DNA from: a virus
Taxonomy: Duplodnaviria > Caudoviricetes
Virus record (IMG/VR): IMGVR_UViG_3300031134_000001
Location: 207,027 to 271,026 of that record
Reading direction: 5' to 3' (one strand)
Length of the DNA: 64,000 nt
The translations under genes were made by a program, and so were the position numbers. The notes below the pieces were generated by a model that saw only the letters and a program-made list of their open reading frames with translations, had not been told where the DNA came from and made no database searches. This document shows positions 8,464-18,105 of this stretch, piece after piece; within the stretch, counting starts at the first letter, position 1; every line of letters starts with the position of its first letter.

Positions 8464-10143
8464 ATGTCCGAAGTCATGTCCCTCGAAGCGGCGCGCGCGC
8501 CGTACGACCCAAACCTGTTCCACCGCATCGCCCAGCGTGCACAGAACAACTACAGCGCTCACGTCGCTACCAACAAACCGATGTTCCGCGTCGAGCTGCC
8601 TAAAGGCGCGTTGTTCACGACCTACCTCGACAACCTGCCGATCGAATACCGCCAGCAGATGAACTGCTCGTGCTGCCGCAGCTTCCTGAACCGCATGGGT
8701 AACCTGGTCACGATCTCGACCGACGAAGCCAGCTTCGGCAAACTGGAATCGGTGTTCTGGCGCGAACGGGACATCCCAGAAGAATGGAGCGTTGATCCAG
8801 TCTTCAACGACACCATGCAAGCCATGCGTGACCTGGTCGAATCGTCGACCATCGGTTACCATTTCCTGTCCTCGCTCGAAACTCTGGGCATTCCGGAAAA
8901 GGGCGGTTTCGAGCACTTCGCTGTCAAAAACGAACAAGTGTTCGAGAACAAGCTGTTTGAAGCCCACGAAGTCGTCGCCACCGAATACCAGTCCTTCGGC
9001 GCCCTGTCCAAGTTCATCGGCGTGACGGTCAAGCAAGAACTCATCGACCAGATCCTGGTTTACTTCAAGCACGACAAGCGCTTGAAGGACATGGACAAAT
9101 GGATCGGCCATCTCGAATGGCTGGCGCAGTTCAAGACGAAGCTCACGGCGCTGCCGCAGAAACAACGTCGGGCTTACACGTGGCTGCAAGTGGCCACCCA
9201 AAGCCCTGGTCGCGTGGACCTCAAGAACAGCCCGCTGGGCAAGTTCATGAAGAACATCATCAACGGCGTGGAGTACGAAGCGGCTACCCGCATGTTCCTG
9301 TCGATGATCGGCGAGAAGTACATGAAAGCGACCGTGGCACCGAAGGAAGGCAACATCAAGCGCGCCGAGACCGTCGTTGAAAAGCTGGGTCTGGCATCGG
9401 CAATGAACCGCCGGCCGCTGATGCATTCGGAAGTGCGCGGCAAGATCTGGACGCCGCCAGTTGCCGAAGCAAAAGAAGCAGAGCACAAACCAGTGTTCGG
9501 TCATCTCAAGCCACGGGAAGAAAAGAAACCACCTGCGCCTGCTCTGCCGGAAATCACCTACGGCTCGATCACGCTCAAGCGCTTCTTGGAAGAAGTGTTG
9601 CCGGAAGCCGTCGAGATCTACTTCGACTACAGCCACAACTACTACGGTCAACACTACCCGATCGTCGGCTTTAACACCAGCGTGGATGCTGATGCGAAGC
9701 CAATCCTGACGTGGGATAAGGAAGACAACCGCAACCCAGTGTCGGGCTACCTCTACCATGGGGGCAGCACGGCATCACACTGGGCGCTGCCTCGTGATGG
9801 CAAGGTGCGCGTGACGGCCATCACGGTCGGTGTGCCGGACTGGAGCAAAGAAGTGTCGCTCGCTGACATGGCCGATACGAGTTCGGTGATCTTCATCCTC
9901 GAATCGGGCCGCGATACCCGCGTCACTGACACGCCGATGTTTGCCGAGTCGTTCCTGCCAGAACTGCACGGTGTGCGTTCGGTGCTCGACGCGCATTTCC
10001 GCAGCCAACCCATGGCAGCGCTGCCAGAAGGTGAAAATCCAGTGGTCGGCATTACCGCTACTACCAAAGGCGAGGCGCTGGTCACGCTCAAGGTCGTCAA
10101 GAAAGACGCGGTCGTTCGCTACGTGATCGATCGTTCGCACTAA
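8464..10143 (+). CDS. Conserved hypothetical phage protein (559 aa) with CxCC motif
   Basis: NCSCCRSFL motif; strongly C-ending codon bias suggests high expression. Confidence 0.9.
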   Translation: MSEVMSLEAARAPYDPNLFHRIAQRAQNNYSAHVATNKPMFRVELPKGALFTTYLDNLPIEYRQQMNCSCCRSFLNRMGNLVTISTDEASFGKLESVFWRERDIPEEWSVDPVFNDTMQAMRDLVESSTIGYHFLSSLETLGIPEKGGFEHFAVKNEQVFENKLFEAHEVVATEYQSFGALSKFIGVTVKQELIDQILVYFKHDKRLKDMDKWIGHLEWLAQFKTKLTALPQKQRRAYTWLQVATQSPGRVDLKNSPLGKFMKNIINGVEYEAATRMFLSMIGEKYMKATVAPKEGNIKRAETVVEKLGLASAMNRRPLMHSEVRGKIWTPPVAEAKEAEHKPVFGHLKPREEKKPPAPALPEITYGSITLKRFLEEVLPEAVEIYFDYSHNYYGQHYPIVGFNTSVDADAKPILTWDKEDNRNPVSGYLYHGGSTASHWALPRDGKVRVTAITVGVPDWSKEVSLADMADTSSVIFILESGRDTRVTDTPMFAESFLPELHGVRSVLDAHFRSQPMAALPEGENPVVGITATTKGEALVTLKVVKKDAVVRYVIDRSH

Positions 10144-10153
10144 GTCGTATCCA

Positions 10154-10193
10154 ATAAAGCGGGAGGGCTTCGGCTCTCCTGCTTTATGCCGTC
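10154..10193 (+). terminator. Terminator-like hairpin with TATGCCGTC tail
   Basis: ATAAAGCGGGAGGGC-TTCG-GCTCTCCTGCTTTAT. Confidence 0.8.
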
Positions 10194-10265
10194 GATATTT
10201 TGCGATTGACGGTGCAACATGTATGGACGTACCTTGATTGTTCGTTAACCCTCACTTTTAGAACC

Positions 10266-11165
10266 ATGGAAAAGTACAAATATAGAATTGCGCTCTCGTT
10301 CGGTTGCTTGGAGATCTGTGACTTTCCAAGCGTAGCAACTGCATTCGAACAATACCCTTCAGGTCGGTTGGTCATCGACGATCTGCATGGGAATGAGTTG
10401 ATTTACTATCGCCTGAAAATCAGTGCGGCGGTACGCAATCGTAACAGTAAACTGCTTAGCTTTGAAGATTATAAGGCCGAGCTCTACGATGAAGTCCACA
10501 AGTATCTGAACGAAGTCTACGGCCGTAAGGTATCGGTCTATGGCATGGCAACCATGTATCGCTATCTGAACTGGCTGCTAGCGCCTGATGGACGCCACAT
10601 GCGCCAACGCCCAGGTTCACGGATCGAACCGATCAACAGTTCGCAAGGCGGGTACCAGATCTTTATCGAGTTCCCCAACCTCGTGTTCTTCCACATGCAT
10701 GACCGCGTGGTGTGCAGTCATCCTACCGACCCTAGCGCACCACCAACCACGTACTACAGCCGGCGTTACCAGGAACTCTCTACGAGTGATGTGAACGCAG
10801 ACACTGTAGCGCACGCTTATCCGCGGGATGGTTTCTTTGGTGTCATGCCATTTGATGGCAACAACTACTTCTTCTCGTTACAGATGGCTGACGTACCGCG
10901 CTGGAATACCATCGCCCGGCCAGATGAAACGGGCGGCGTGTGGAACAAAGACCGGCTGCTGAGTAATAGCTTAAGTCAAGCAGACATTGGCATTATTCTG
11001 CACCGAGAGATTCTCAAACGGTTCTCGTTCTTCCGCCACGGTACGCTGGGAAAACCGTCAGACATCCAAGTGCTGTTTAACCTGACCGATCGCTTGAATG
11101 AAAAGCCGGCCGAATACCCCAACATCAAGATGATTAAACCATCTGCGACCAATAACCAACAATAA
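10266..11165 (+). CDS. Hypothetical protein; start revised to 10266
   Basis: First in-frame ATG after the terminator; long ORF. Confidence 0.8.
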   Translation: MEKYKYRIALSFGCLEICDFPSVATAFEQYPSGRLVIDDLHGNELIYYRLKISAAVRNRNSKLLSFEDYKAELYDEVHKYLNEVYGRKVSVYGMATMYRYLNWLLAPDGRHMRQRPGSRIEPINSSQGGYQIFIEFPNLVFFHMHDRVVCSHPTDPSAPPTTYYSRRYQELSTSDVNADTVAHAYPRDGFFGVMPFDGNNYFFSLQMADVPRWNTIARPDETGGVWNKDRLLSNSLSQADIGIILHREILKRFSFFRHGTLGKPSDIQVLFNLTDRLNEKPAEYPNIKMIKPSATNNQQ

Positions 11166-11175
11166 GGCCACTACC

Positions 11176-11943
11176 ATGACCAACATCGTCGACTTTGCCA
11201 AGTTCCAAAAAGCTAAGAAACAAAAGACAGAAGAACAAAACGAAGACAACTCAGTACTCGCCATCCTGAATGATCGCATGGCATTTTTGCTTAATGATGG
11301 CAAATCGATTCAGGAGTTTGAAGGCGGCCGCCCTGGAAAAATCGACCCGGTTACCAGGGTTGAAGCGTTGTTGATTTCGCAGATTTACTATCTGGAAACC
11401 GCACTGCGCGATTTCGTAGCGCACCACGCGCCACATCGGTTGCTGGACGACTACCTGACGTATCCGTATATCGAATGGAATGAATTGGCCACCACGCAAA
11501 CCTCAACATTCCAAGCATGGCACGAGAAGTTTGTAGAAGAGCCGGGCGTTTCTATGGCGCGTGAAGCGCATGTGTTGATCAAAGACATTCGCGCCATGGC
11601 AGCCATGCTCGGCTTTACTGACAAGATCGGTTTCATCTCTGGCGAGCCTGGCGATATGGGTAAGCTGATCTGCTCGCCGACCTCGCCGTTTGTGTTTCGC
11701 ATTAACGGCGTAGCGGATATTGCCGACAGCTCGCTGTGTGTTACCTTCAAATTGAAAGATGGTTGCACCGATCCAGCTGGTTTGGTAAGCGGTGAAATCT
11801 TCATCCCACAGTTCTGGGTCAAACAAGAGCGTGTCACGTTCATGGCGTTGTTGTTTACCGCGCCATCGAGCTTTGAGTTCTTGCAGCAAGCCGAGTCGCT
11901 GATCCAGGCTGCCAAAGCTGGTCACGTTCGCGTTGAAAAGTAA
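11176..11943 (+). CDS. Hypothetical phage protein (255 aa)
   Basis: A/C-rich leader plus AAGG; N-terminal IVDFAKFQKAKK. Confidence 0.85.
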   Translation: MTNIVDFAKFQKAKKQKTEEQNEDNSVLAILNDRMAFLLNDGKSIQEFEGGRPGKIDPVTRVEALLISQIYYLETALRDFVAHHAPHRLLDDYLTYPYIEWNELATTQTSTFQAWHEKFVEEPGVSMAREAHVLIKDIRAMAAMLGFTDKIGFISGEPGDMGKLICSPTSPFVFRINGVADIADSSLCVTFKLKDGCTDPAGLVSGEIFIPQFWVKQERVTFMALLFTAPSSFEFLQQAESLIQAAKAGHVRVEK

Positions 11944-11970
11944 TACCAGTAGTCTCCATTAGAGAGAAGA

Positions 11971-12011
11971 AGGTTAGGTGGTTAACGTATGTAGCTTCAT
12001 CCACCTAACCT
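11971..12011. other. Intergenic stem-loop AGGTTAGGTGG/CCACCTAACCT
   Basis: Perfect 11-bp inverted repeat with 19-nt loop, no T tract; related stems at 35919 and 54660. Confidence 0.7.
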
Positions 12012-12037
12012 AACAATTCACGTCCATCCCCCCAACC

Positions 12038-12415
12038 ATGCTCAAACAAAGACATGTCCTGCAAGGCCCGCCGTTCTTCACATCGCCGGTGTTTGTTAAC
12101 AAGATCGTTGAACGCGCTCGTAGCGTCGCCGATGAATCCCACGTCATCAGCGTGCAGTCGGACAACACGTCCCGCACGTTCGTTCATGTGACTGCGCAGT
12201 GGGTAGCTCCCGGTAGCCGTAAAGTCGAAAAGCGCATCATCATCGATCGGGAACTGACCGAGAAAGGCCATGTGCGCATGACCTACATGGCCAAGCTGTT
12301 TGATCCGAACGCCAAGATCGTGGACTACGACTTGTGTAACGACGCGCAGTACAACCAAGCCGGACGCGACATCGTGCATTACCTGCGTATGGGCATCTTG
12401 CCAGGAGCAGTTTAA
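12038..12415 (+). CDS. Hypothetical protein (125 aa)
   Basis: ORF between hairpin and terminator. Confidence 0.8.
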   Translation: MLKQRHVLQGPPFFTSPVFVNKIVERARSVADESHVISVQSDNTSRTFVHVTAQWVAPGSRKVEKRIIIDRELTEKGHVRMTYMAKLFDPNAKIVDYDLCNDAQYNQAGRDIVHYLRMGILPGAV

Positions 12416-12422
12416 AATAGCG

Positions 12423-12482
12423 AGCATATCACCGCCCTCCAGAGCTTCGGCTCTGGGGGTAGGTAGTATGCTTTCTTTTTTT
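12423..12482 (+). terminator. Intrinsic terminator
   Basis: GCATA...CCAGAGC-TTCG-GCTCTGG...TATGC followed by T tract. Confidence 0.85.
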
Positions 12483-12497
12483 GCCTAGTGTAAATAT

Positions 12498-12514
12498 TTT
12501 CGGGTATATATTAC
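12498..12514 (+). promoter_or_regulatory. Candidate early promoter TTTCGGGTATATATTAC
   Basis: Exact phiKZ early consensus TATATTAC at 12507-12514; same TTTC-N5 spacing as the other copies. Confidence 0.7.
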
Positions 12515-12587
12515 TCAGATGTGATATCTATCGAGATAGTTATCTTCGATCGAATAATTAACAATTAATAACATAAAAGGTTGCCAC

Positions 12588-13475
12588 ATGCTAGTTTCTC
12601 ACATGATCGCTCGTAGTGAAAAAGGTTTGAAATTACAAGACATAAGCCAATTGGGTCGCAAGCCCTACCAGCCCTTGGCGTTTGAAGTGCGTCTGCAAAT
12701 CATGCAAGCTTCTAAATTTGTAGTACCTACGGAACTAATCAATCTCATGGTGCCGTACATACTTGCTAAAGAAGATAAATACTGGAGTGACGAAACCCAG
12801 CCTGACTGGGAAAATGCTATCGCTCGATACCGAGAATTCTCTAAGTTGCCGTTTGATTCAGTGTTCTTAGAGAACATGGGTGGCGGATATCTAGTATCAC
12901 GTCACCCAAACGCTGAGAATGCATGGATTGTGCGAACGGTATACAACGTGGATGGCGTAGGTGCGCAGTTGTCACCAGTGCGTTTTGCGGTATACCTGAA
13001 CGACGTAACAGAAGACAACTTTACTCGCACTGAAATACTGGGTGATAAATGGGTAGGAAGTGTAAACGCCACCCCACCCAAAGATGCAGAGTTATCCAAA
13101 CGTATTCGCCAAATTACGATTTGGAATATTGCCGAAACGTTGTTGTTTTTGAATGTGCGCAATACAGTCACGCATTTCTATCGTCCTGGCAAAAACGAGT
13201 TAAAAGACATCGTTAAGCCGTTGCACCGCTTTTATGATTACCGCGTCATTGACATTTACCGGGAACGAATTAAGTACCAACGTCTGGACGAAATCGTTGA
13301 GTTTGCACAAGACAACGATCGTGCAAATAAAGGTAAAGCGCATCGAGCGCACATGGTGCGCGGTCACTTTAAGACCAAAGGCGGTAAACTGTACTGGTGG
13401 AACGCATTTATGCGTAACCGCCGCAACATTACCACCAGCGGCGTTGTCGAAAAAGATTATAAACTTCATACCTAA
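12588..13475 (+). CDS. Hypothetical phage protein (295 aa) with C-terminal H-x-V-R-G-H motif
   Basis: KAHRAHMVRGHFK...LYWWNAFMR. Confidence 0.85.
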   Translation: MLVSHMIARSEKGLKLQDISQLGRKPYQPLAFEVRLQIMQASKFVVPTELINLMVPYILAKEDKYWSDETQPDWENAIARYREFSKLPFDSVFLENMGGGYLVSRHPNAENAWIVRTVYNVDGVGAQLSPVRFAVYLNDVTEDNFTRTEILGDKWVGSVNATPPKDAELSKRIRQITIWNIAETLLFLNVRNTVTHFYRPGKNELKDIVKPLHRFYDYRVIDIYRERIKYQRLDEIVEFAQDNDRANKGKAHRAHMVRGHFKTKGGKLYWWNAFMRNRRNITTSGVVEKDYKLHT

Positions 13476-13491
13476 CCTAAAGGACTTTACT

Positions 13492-13899
13492 ATGATTTCC
13501 GCAAGCGAAGTATACAAAATGTACGAAGACGCAGAAATGAACGACACCCAGACGTACAGCGTCGAACCAGTTGCAGAACTGCGCGATGAGCGTGAGGATT
13601 TGCACGCTGAAATCGCCAACATCAATGCTGGCATCGAAACCACCGACGACGGCGACCAGATCGCCGCGCTGCGTCAAGAAAAGATCGGCTTGGTCGGTAC
13701 ACTGGAAGACATGGACCGCGTGTTGGACATGGCTGGTCAGAACCACAAGGGCTATCTGGTACTCAAGCGCGTGGCGTCGGAAGAATGGCATACCCGCATC
13801 CCGATGCTCTACATGAGCGACGACACTGATGCGTCCATGGCGGTTGCTGTGCTCAATACCCACGCCATCATCGAATCGTTGCCCAAGGAGTCATCGTGA
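13492..13899 (+). CDS. Acidic coiled-coil hypothetical protein; start revised to 13492
   Basis: AAGGA RBS before ATG 13492. Confidence 0.8.
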   Translation: MISASEVYKMYEDAEMNDTQTYSVEPVAELRDEREDLHAEIANINAGIETTDDGDQIAALRQEKIGLVGTLEDMDRVLDMAGQNHKGYLVLKRVASEEWHTRIPMLYMSDDTDASMAVAVLNTHAIIESLPKESS

Positions 13900-14234
13900 A
13901 CTTCGACACCCCAACCATCAAGTACAGCACCGACAACGGCGCGACCTATACCCCGGCGCCAGACGGTGTGCGAGTTGTGTACGAAAACTTCGACACCATG
14001 ATCGAAGGTCAAGAACAGAAAGTCTTGATCGAGATCGCTCATCGCCCTGACGGCGTGACGACTGAAGTGTTCGGCACGGAAGTGCAGCTGTACGACACGC
14101 ACATCGTGACAGCCACTACCGATCTGGATCAAATCGTGATCGACGCCATCCTCATCGGCAACGAGAACGACGAAGATGAAGGTGACGACGAACCGGTGGT
14201 TGAAAACCTCGACGACGACGATCCACCCACTTAA
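13896..14234 (+). CDS. Acidic hypothetical protein (112 aa)
   Basis: GTGA overlap with the upstream stop; N-terminus similar to the 14658 protein. Confidence 0.8.
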   Translation: MNFDTPTIKYSTDNGATYTPAPDGVRVVYENFDTMIEGQEQKVLIEIAHRPDGVTTEVFGTEVQLYDTHIVTATTDLDQIVIDAILIGNENDEDEGDDEPVVENLDDDDPPT

Positions 14235-14275
14235 AAAAGCAGTAACCCGACAATTAACAACTAAAAGGATCACCC

Positions 14276-14647
14276 ATGCTCTCGAATAACAAACGCAACA
14301 TCGTTGTGTATTACTTCACAGACTCCACCCGCAGCGCTGTGATCGCCAACACCACCCGCTGGTATAAGTACGCCCGCAGTGCCAAAGCCACAGCGCACGA
14401 CGCCATGGACTTGAATCTGTACGGGGCAGGTGTGGCCGTGGTGTACGACGACGAGAACGGCCGAGATTTGTACATCTTTACCCGCGACGTCGAAGGTCGT
14501 GTTGTGACTGCTCACACGGCCGAAGCCATGAAGCAAAAGAACCTGGGCACCACGCGCGATCCGTTTGGCGACTTCACCAAGAAGCTGTCCAAGACGGCTG
14601 CATCGCGCCGCACGAAAGAGTTCCAAGGACTTCCACGTCGTCACTAA
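14276..14647 (+). CDS. Hypothetical protein (123 aa)
   Basis: AACAACTAAAAGGA leader. Confidence 0.85.
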   Translation: MLSNNKRNIVVYYFTDSTRSAVIANTTRWYKYARSAKATAHDAMDLNLYGAGVAVVYDDENGRDLYIFTRDVEGRVVTAHTAEAMKQKNLGTTRDPFGDFTKKLSKTAASRRTKEFQGLPRRH

Positions 14648-14657
14648 AAGGAATGAC

Positions 14658-14936
14658 ATGAATTGCGATCAAATCAAAATCAGTTTGGATGGAGGTCAGA
14701 CTTTTCAAGATGTCGACTCTGAAAATGGTGTTATCGTCAAGTACGAAAACACGATAGTAACAACCATGTTAGATGGTAGTCCAACGCAATATGGCGATGT
14801 TACCACCACTTTTACCAAGTCGGACGTTATTCAACAAATCCACTATCGGCATGAAGAAGATCCCGTCGTGGAGTTTGGGCGGACTGTGTGGGAGTACATG
14901 AGAAAAATTCGATTTGAATGGGCTGGAAGAAAATAA
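14658..14936 (+). CDS. Hypothetical protein; start revised to 14658
   Basis: AAAAGGA RBS; IKISLDGGQTF resembles IKYSTDNGATY of the 13896 protein. Confidence 0.75.
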   Translation: MNCDQIKISLDGGQTFQDVDSENGVIVKYENTIVTTMLDGSPTQYGDVTTTFTKSDVIQQIHYRHEEDPVVEFGRTVWEYMRKIRFEWAGRK

Positions 14937-14937
14937 C

Positions 14938-15315
14938 ATGAAACTTTGGAAATGGTTGGTTCGGCAGTTTTGCACAATCGAGATCGCTGGCTTAAAAGCC
15001 GTACCCAATATCGAAACAGCCATGCTGCAAGATTACGACGCGGGTATTTGCGGTAACTACATTGAAACAAACATGTATACCAACGTTGTCAAGTGTGGGC
15101 AACGTCAAGTCATGGCGATTCGTGTCAAAGATCCGGCGATGTTGAGAGATATGGGCGAGCGTGATAAAGAGCGGATCGAGAAGGAATTGCGCAGCTTAAA
15201 TTTCGTCTGGTCGGGTGACTTGTATATTTTCCCCAAGCGTCCTGGTGGCGCTAGTCTTGACTGGCGGATTGATAACACCATCAAAGACCAACTGGGTTCG
15301 TACTACCTCCAGTAA
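14938..15315 (+). CDS. Hypothetical protein; start revised to 14938
   Basis: Abuts upstream stop. Confidence 0.75.
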   Translation: MKLWKWLVRQFCTIEIAGLKAVPNIETAMLQDYDAGICGNYIETNMYTNVVKCGQRQVMAIRVKDPAMLRDMGERDKERIEKELRSLNFVWSGDLYIFPKRPGGASLDWRIDNTIKDQLGSYYLQ

Positions 15316-15323
15316 GTTTATGC

Positions 15324-15349
15324 AAGGGGATTGACCATCCCCTTTTTTT
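15324..15349 (+). terminator. Intrinsic terminator
   Basis: AAGGGGAT/ATCCCCTT stem plus T tract. Confidence 0.8.
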
Positions 15350-15381
15350 GTACCTATAATTAACAACTAAAAGGAATTCAT

Positions 15382-15774
15382 ATGGCCAACGCAATCGCAG
15401 TTATTATCCCGCCATGGGTGGCTAAGATCAAAAGCACCCTGGTTGAGTCGGACACCACGGTCTACCAGTTCTTCCCAGGACTGATGCAGTGGCGTAACGT
15501 CGACTACATGGAGCGCATCATGCTCATCTACGGCGCGACGCCGGGTGTGCGTTTCCAGATCAAAACGCTGTTTGACAACATGCGTGAAGAGGCGCAGTGC
15601 GAAGAGGACCCTCATTGTTTGATAGCCCGCATCGACTTGTCGACCCAATTTCCGAAATGCCTGTATTTGATGTTCAGGCTGGACAGGAACGATGCACCGC
15701 TTATGGGTAGCTATATGCTGCACGTAAACGACGAAGGGCTGATCGAACGCGTGACTCGAATGACGATGTGTTGA
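15382..15774 (+). CDS. Hypothetical protein (130 aa)
   Basis: AACAACTAAAAGGA leader. Confidence 0.85.
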   Translation: MANAIAVIIPPWVAKIKSTLVESDTTVYQFFPGLMQWRNVDYMERIMLIYGATPGVRFQIKTLFDNMREEAQCEEDPHCLIARIDLSTQFPKCLYLMFRLDRNDAPLMGSYMLHVNDEGLIERVTRMTMC

Positions 15775-15809
15775 GTCGCATGATCCCTTTGTACTGAGAC
15801 CTTTCATCC

Positions 15810-16247
15810 ATGAACGTAATTACCCAAGACTACAACAACACCACCGACTTTGATTTCGTGCGCCAAGTCTTTGACGCTCTGGATAAGATCCCAACGAAGA
15901 ACAAAGTGGTGTTCCCGTTACCGAATCGTTGTTCCGCATTCGCAGACATCGACTGCCGGTTGTTCTACGACGACTATAAGCCACACGGTGAGTTCAAGTT
16001 CCATCTGCGCTCTGAAGGCTTGGAGATGGCCCACAGCATCGTCATCAGTACGACGGTGACCGATGGTTCGCTCAAGCTGCAGATGGTGGTCAAACCCAAC
16101 GGCAAACTACGTCGTGCTGGTGCTCGTAGTCTGGTGCGCATCATCCCCAACGTAAAACTGTTGGCCGATGCAATCTGCGCTAATTACATTCCTGGATCAA
16201 ACGGTCGCAAGATCGTTGTTGTACCTGCTGTAAAACAATTCGCATAG
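15810..16247 (+). CDS. Hypothetical protein (145 aa)
   Basis: Operon context. Confidence 0.8.
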   Translation: MNVITQDYNNTTDFDFVRQVFDALDKIPTKNKVVFPLPNRCSAFADIDCRLFYDDYKPHGEFKFHLRSEGLEMAHSIVISTTVTDGSLKLQMVVKPNGKLRRAGARSLVRIIPNVKLLADAICANYIPGSNGRKIVVVPAVKQFA

Positions 16248-16287
16248 CGTCCCTAGCCCTCCATTACGGGGGGCTAGGTATGCCGTC
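16242..16287 (+). terminator. Terminator-like hairpin with GCATA/TATGCCGTC flanks
   Basis: CCTAGCCCTCC/GGGGGGCTAGG stem. Confidence 0.7.
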
Positions 16288-16317
16288 TTAGTTCTAACCA
16301 CCAAAAGGAAAAGCATC

Positions 16318-16629
16318 ATGAGTCTCAAAACCATAAAAATTCCAACCAGCGATGCTGCAGCTCCGCGCGTATCCGGCAGCAACGGCAAGCGTCCAAGAAT
16401 GATCGACGTGTTCAACAAGATTCTTATCGAGAAAGGAATCGACGACATGAAGTTGAGCGAGCTTATTCTCGCACACATCAAGAAGGAAGATCCAGAAGAC
16501 ACGGAAGCAATTCAAATGCGCAGTGCTGAACACTGGCTGAACCACCTGAAAGATAACAACCTTTCGTGGGTAAAATTCTGCAAAGGTCTGGAAATGATCG
16601 GTGTGGATGAGCTGGTATTGTCGGTCTAA
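16318..16629 (+). CDS. Small putative DNA-binding (HTH-like) protein (103 aa)
   Basis: C-terminal LSWVKFCKGLEMIGVDELVLSV resembles MTFKHFCQMMDALNCDLMISV in the 56773 protein. Confidence 0.7.
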   Translation: MSLKTIKIPTSDAAAPRVSGSNGKRPRMIDVFNKILIEKGIDDMKLSELILAHIKKEDPEDTEAIQMRSAEHWLNHLKDNNLSWVKFCKGLEMIGVDELVLSV

Positions 16630-16699
16630 ATGTTGCAGAGGTTAAACAATATTCCGTTGCCAAATAGTACAGTGCACGTTAACCTCAAGGAGAATTATC

Positions 16700-17419
16700 A
16701 TGGCAAAAAAGAAAGCTACTACCGCAGTCCAAGAGCCAATCAAATCGCAGATGGGTGACATCATTGCCATCTGTTTGACGCCTAAGAAAGAAACCAACGA
16801 AGAAAGTGAAACGGGGACCAATGTCGCCGTGGCGCGCATCGGGGAAGTGCTCCGAGCGACCAACGCCTACGAGACGATCGATGTCATCAATATCAAAGAC
16901 GTTGACCTGAACGCGCCACTCATCTACGCCGAGAAAGATGGCGACAAAGAAATGCAGGAGTACGTCAGCACCGGCGAAGGCAAAGTCACCATGGCGTTGG
17001 TAATGAACCAATACAAGCGTGATCGCGATCGTGGCGACATCGAAGAGAAGGACCGCTTCATCGCCATGGGTGAAGAAGCCATCAAGACCGAAGATGAAGC
17101 GCGCCGTAAGCATCTGCGCGAAGCCATCCTGGAGGCGAACAACGCTGCTGACAAGCGCCGTGCTGAAGCGGTGCTGCATGCGTTCGACGTGGCCAACCGC
17201 TGGTCGACTGCGCCAGAACTCACGCCACGTGAACGGGTCCATGGCGCTACGCGCGAACTGTACCACCACTACGGCCCAACCCAAGCCCGTGATGAGCATG
17301 GTCGCTTTGTCCATGTGGAAGCGGGGCCTGAGTACGACGCCCACTACGAAGCGCACTTCGCGGAAGACATCAAGTTCCGCTCGATCCGCGCTGCCAAAGA
17401 TTTGTTCGGAGGTAAATAA
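16700..17419 (+). CDS. Array member 1, C-terminal motif protein (ends RSIRAAKDLFGGK)
   Basis: AAGGAG RBS; shared ERVHGA helical domain and terminal motif. Confidence 0.9.
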   Translation: MAKKKATTAVQEPIKSQMGDIIAICLTPKKETNEESETGTNVAVARIGEVLRATNAYETIDVINIKDVDLNAPLIYAEKDGDKEMQEYVSTGEGKVTMALVMNQYKRDRDRGDIEEKDRFIAMGEEAIKTEDEARRKHLREAILEANNAADKRRAEAVLHAFDVANRWSTAPELTPRERVHGATRELYHHYGPTQARDEHGRFVHVEAGPEYDAHYEAHFAEDIKFRSIRAAKDLFGGK

Positions 17420-18105
17420 TGGCTGAGGAAAAAGACATCGATCCACCAGTCGGCACCGTCGTTACCATCATGGGGATGCCGATCGGTAAATCCCCAGAAA
17501 GCGTGATGCGCGCCATCAACGATATCTCGGAAGCAGCACTGGGCCACTTCACCAAAGTCGAGGTAGCTCACCTTCCCAATGTTCCTCTTTTTACCGCTGA
17601 GGTTGTCAAAAATAACCCTGACGAACTTGACAACGAATACCTGGCTACGCCGGTAGGTCGTGCGGCTTCCACTGTGTTTGCTGGCAGTATGCGAACTCTG
17701 GATGACCTTGAAGACAAAAAGGAAGAAGCTCGCTTGGCCACGATGTCGCCAGAAGAAATCGAAGCGGAAGAGGAGCGACTCGATGCATGGGCTAAGAACT
17801 TGAAAGAAGAAGCTCGCGCCAACACGCTGAAAGAAATCCGGCAAGGGGTTATTGAATCCTACGAAATCGCTGAGAAGTGGGCGATCACGCCTAACGTCAC
17901 AGCGCGTGAAGTGGCCCACGGCGTGGCGCATGACATGCATGCCCATTTGGCTTACGATTATGGCAAGCCGGGCGAGTACCGTCCAGAGCGGACTTACCCA
18001 ACGCCATCCCAAAATTACCAGTCGTACTACACGGAACAGCTGGCTGATGAAATCAAGGCGCGTTCTATCCGTGCAGCGAAAGACCTTTTTGGAGAAGGCC
18101 GATGA
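17419..18105 (+). CDS. Array member 2 (ends RSIRAAKDLFGEGR)
   Basis: TAATG overlap; shared domain and motif. Confidence 0.9.
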   Translation: MAEEKDIDPPVGTVVTIMGMPIGKSPESVMRAINDISEAALGHFTKVEVAHLPNVPLFTAEVVKNNPDELDNEYLATPVGRAASTVFAGSMRTLDDLEDKKEEARLATMSPEEIEAEEERLDAWAKNLKEEARANTLKEIRQGVIESYEIAEKWAITPNVTAREVAHGVAHDMHAHLAYDYGKPGEYRPERTYPTPSQNYQSYYTEQLADEIKARSIRAAKDLFGEGR

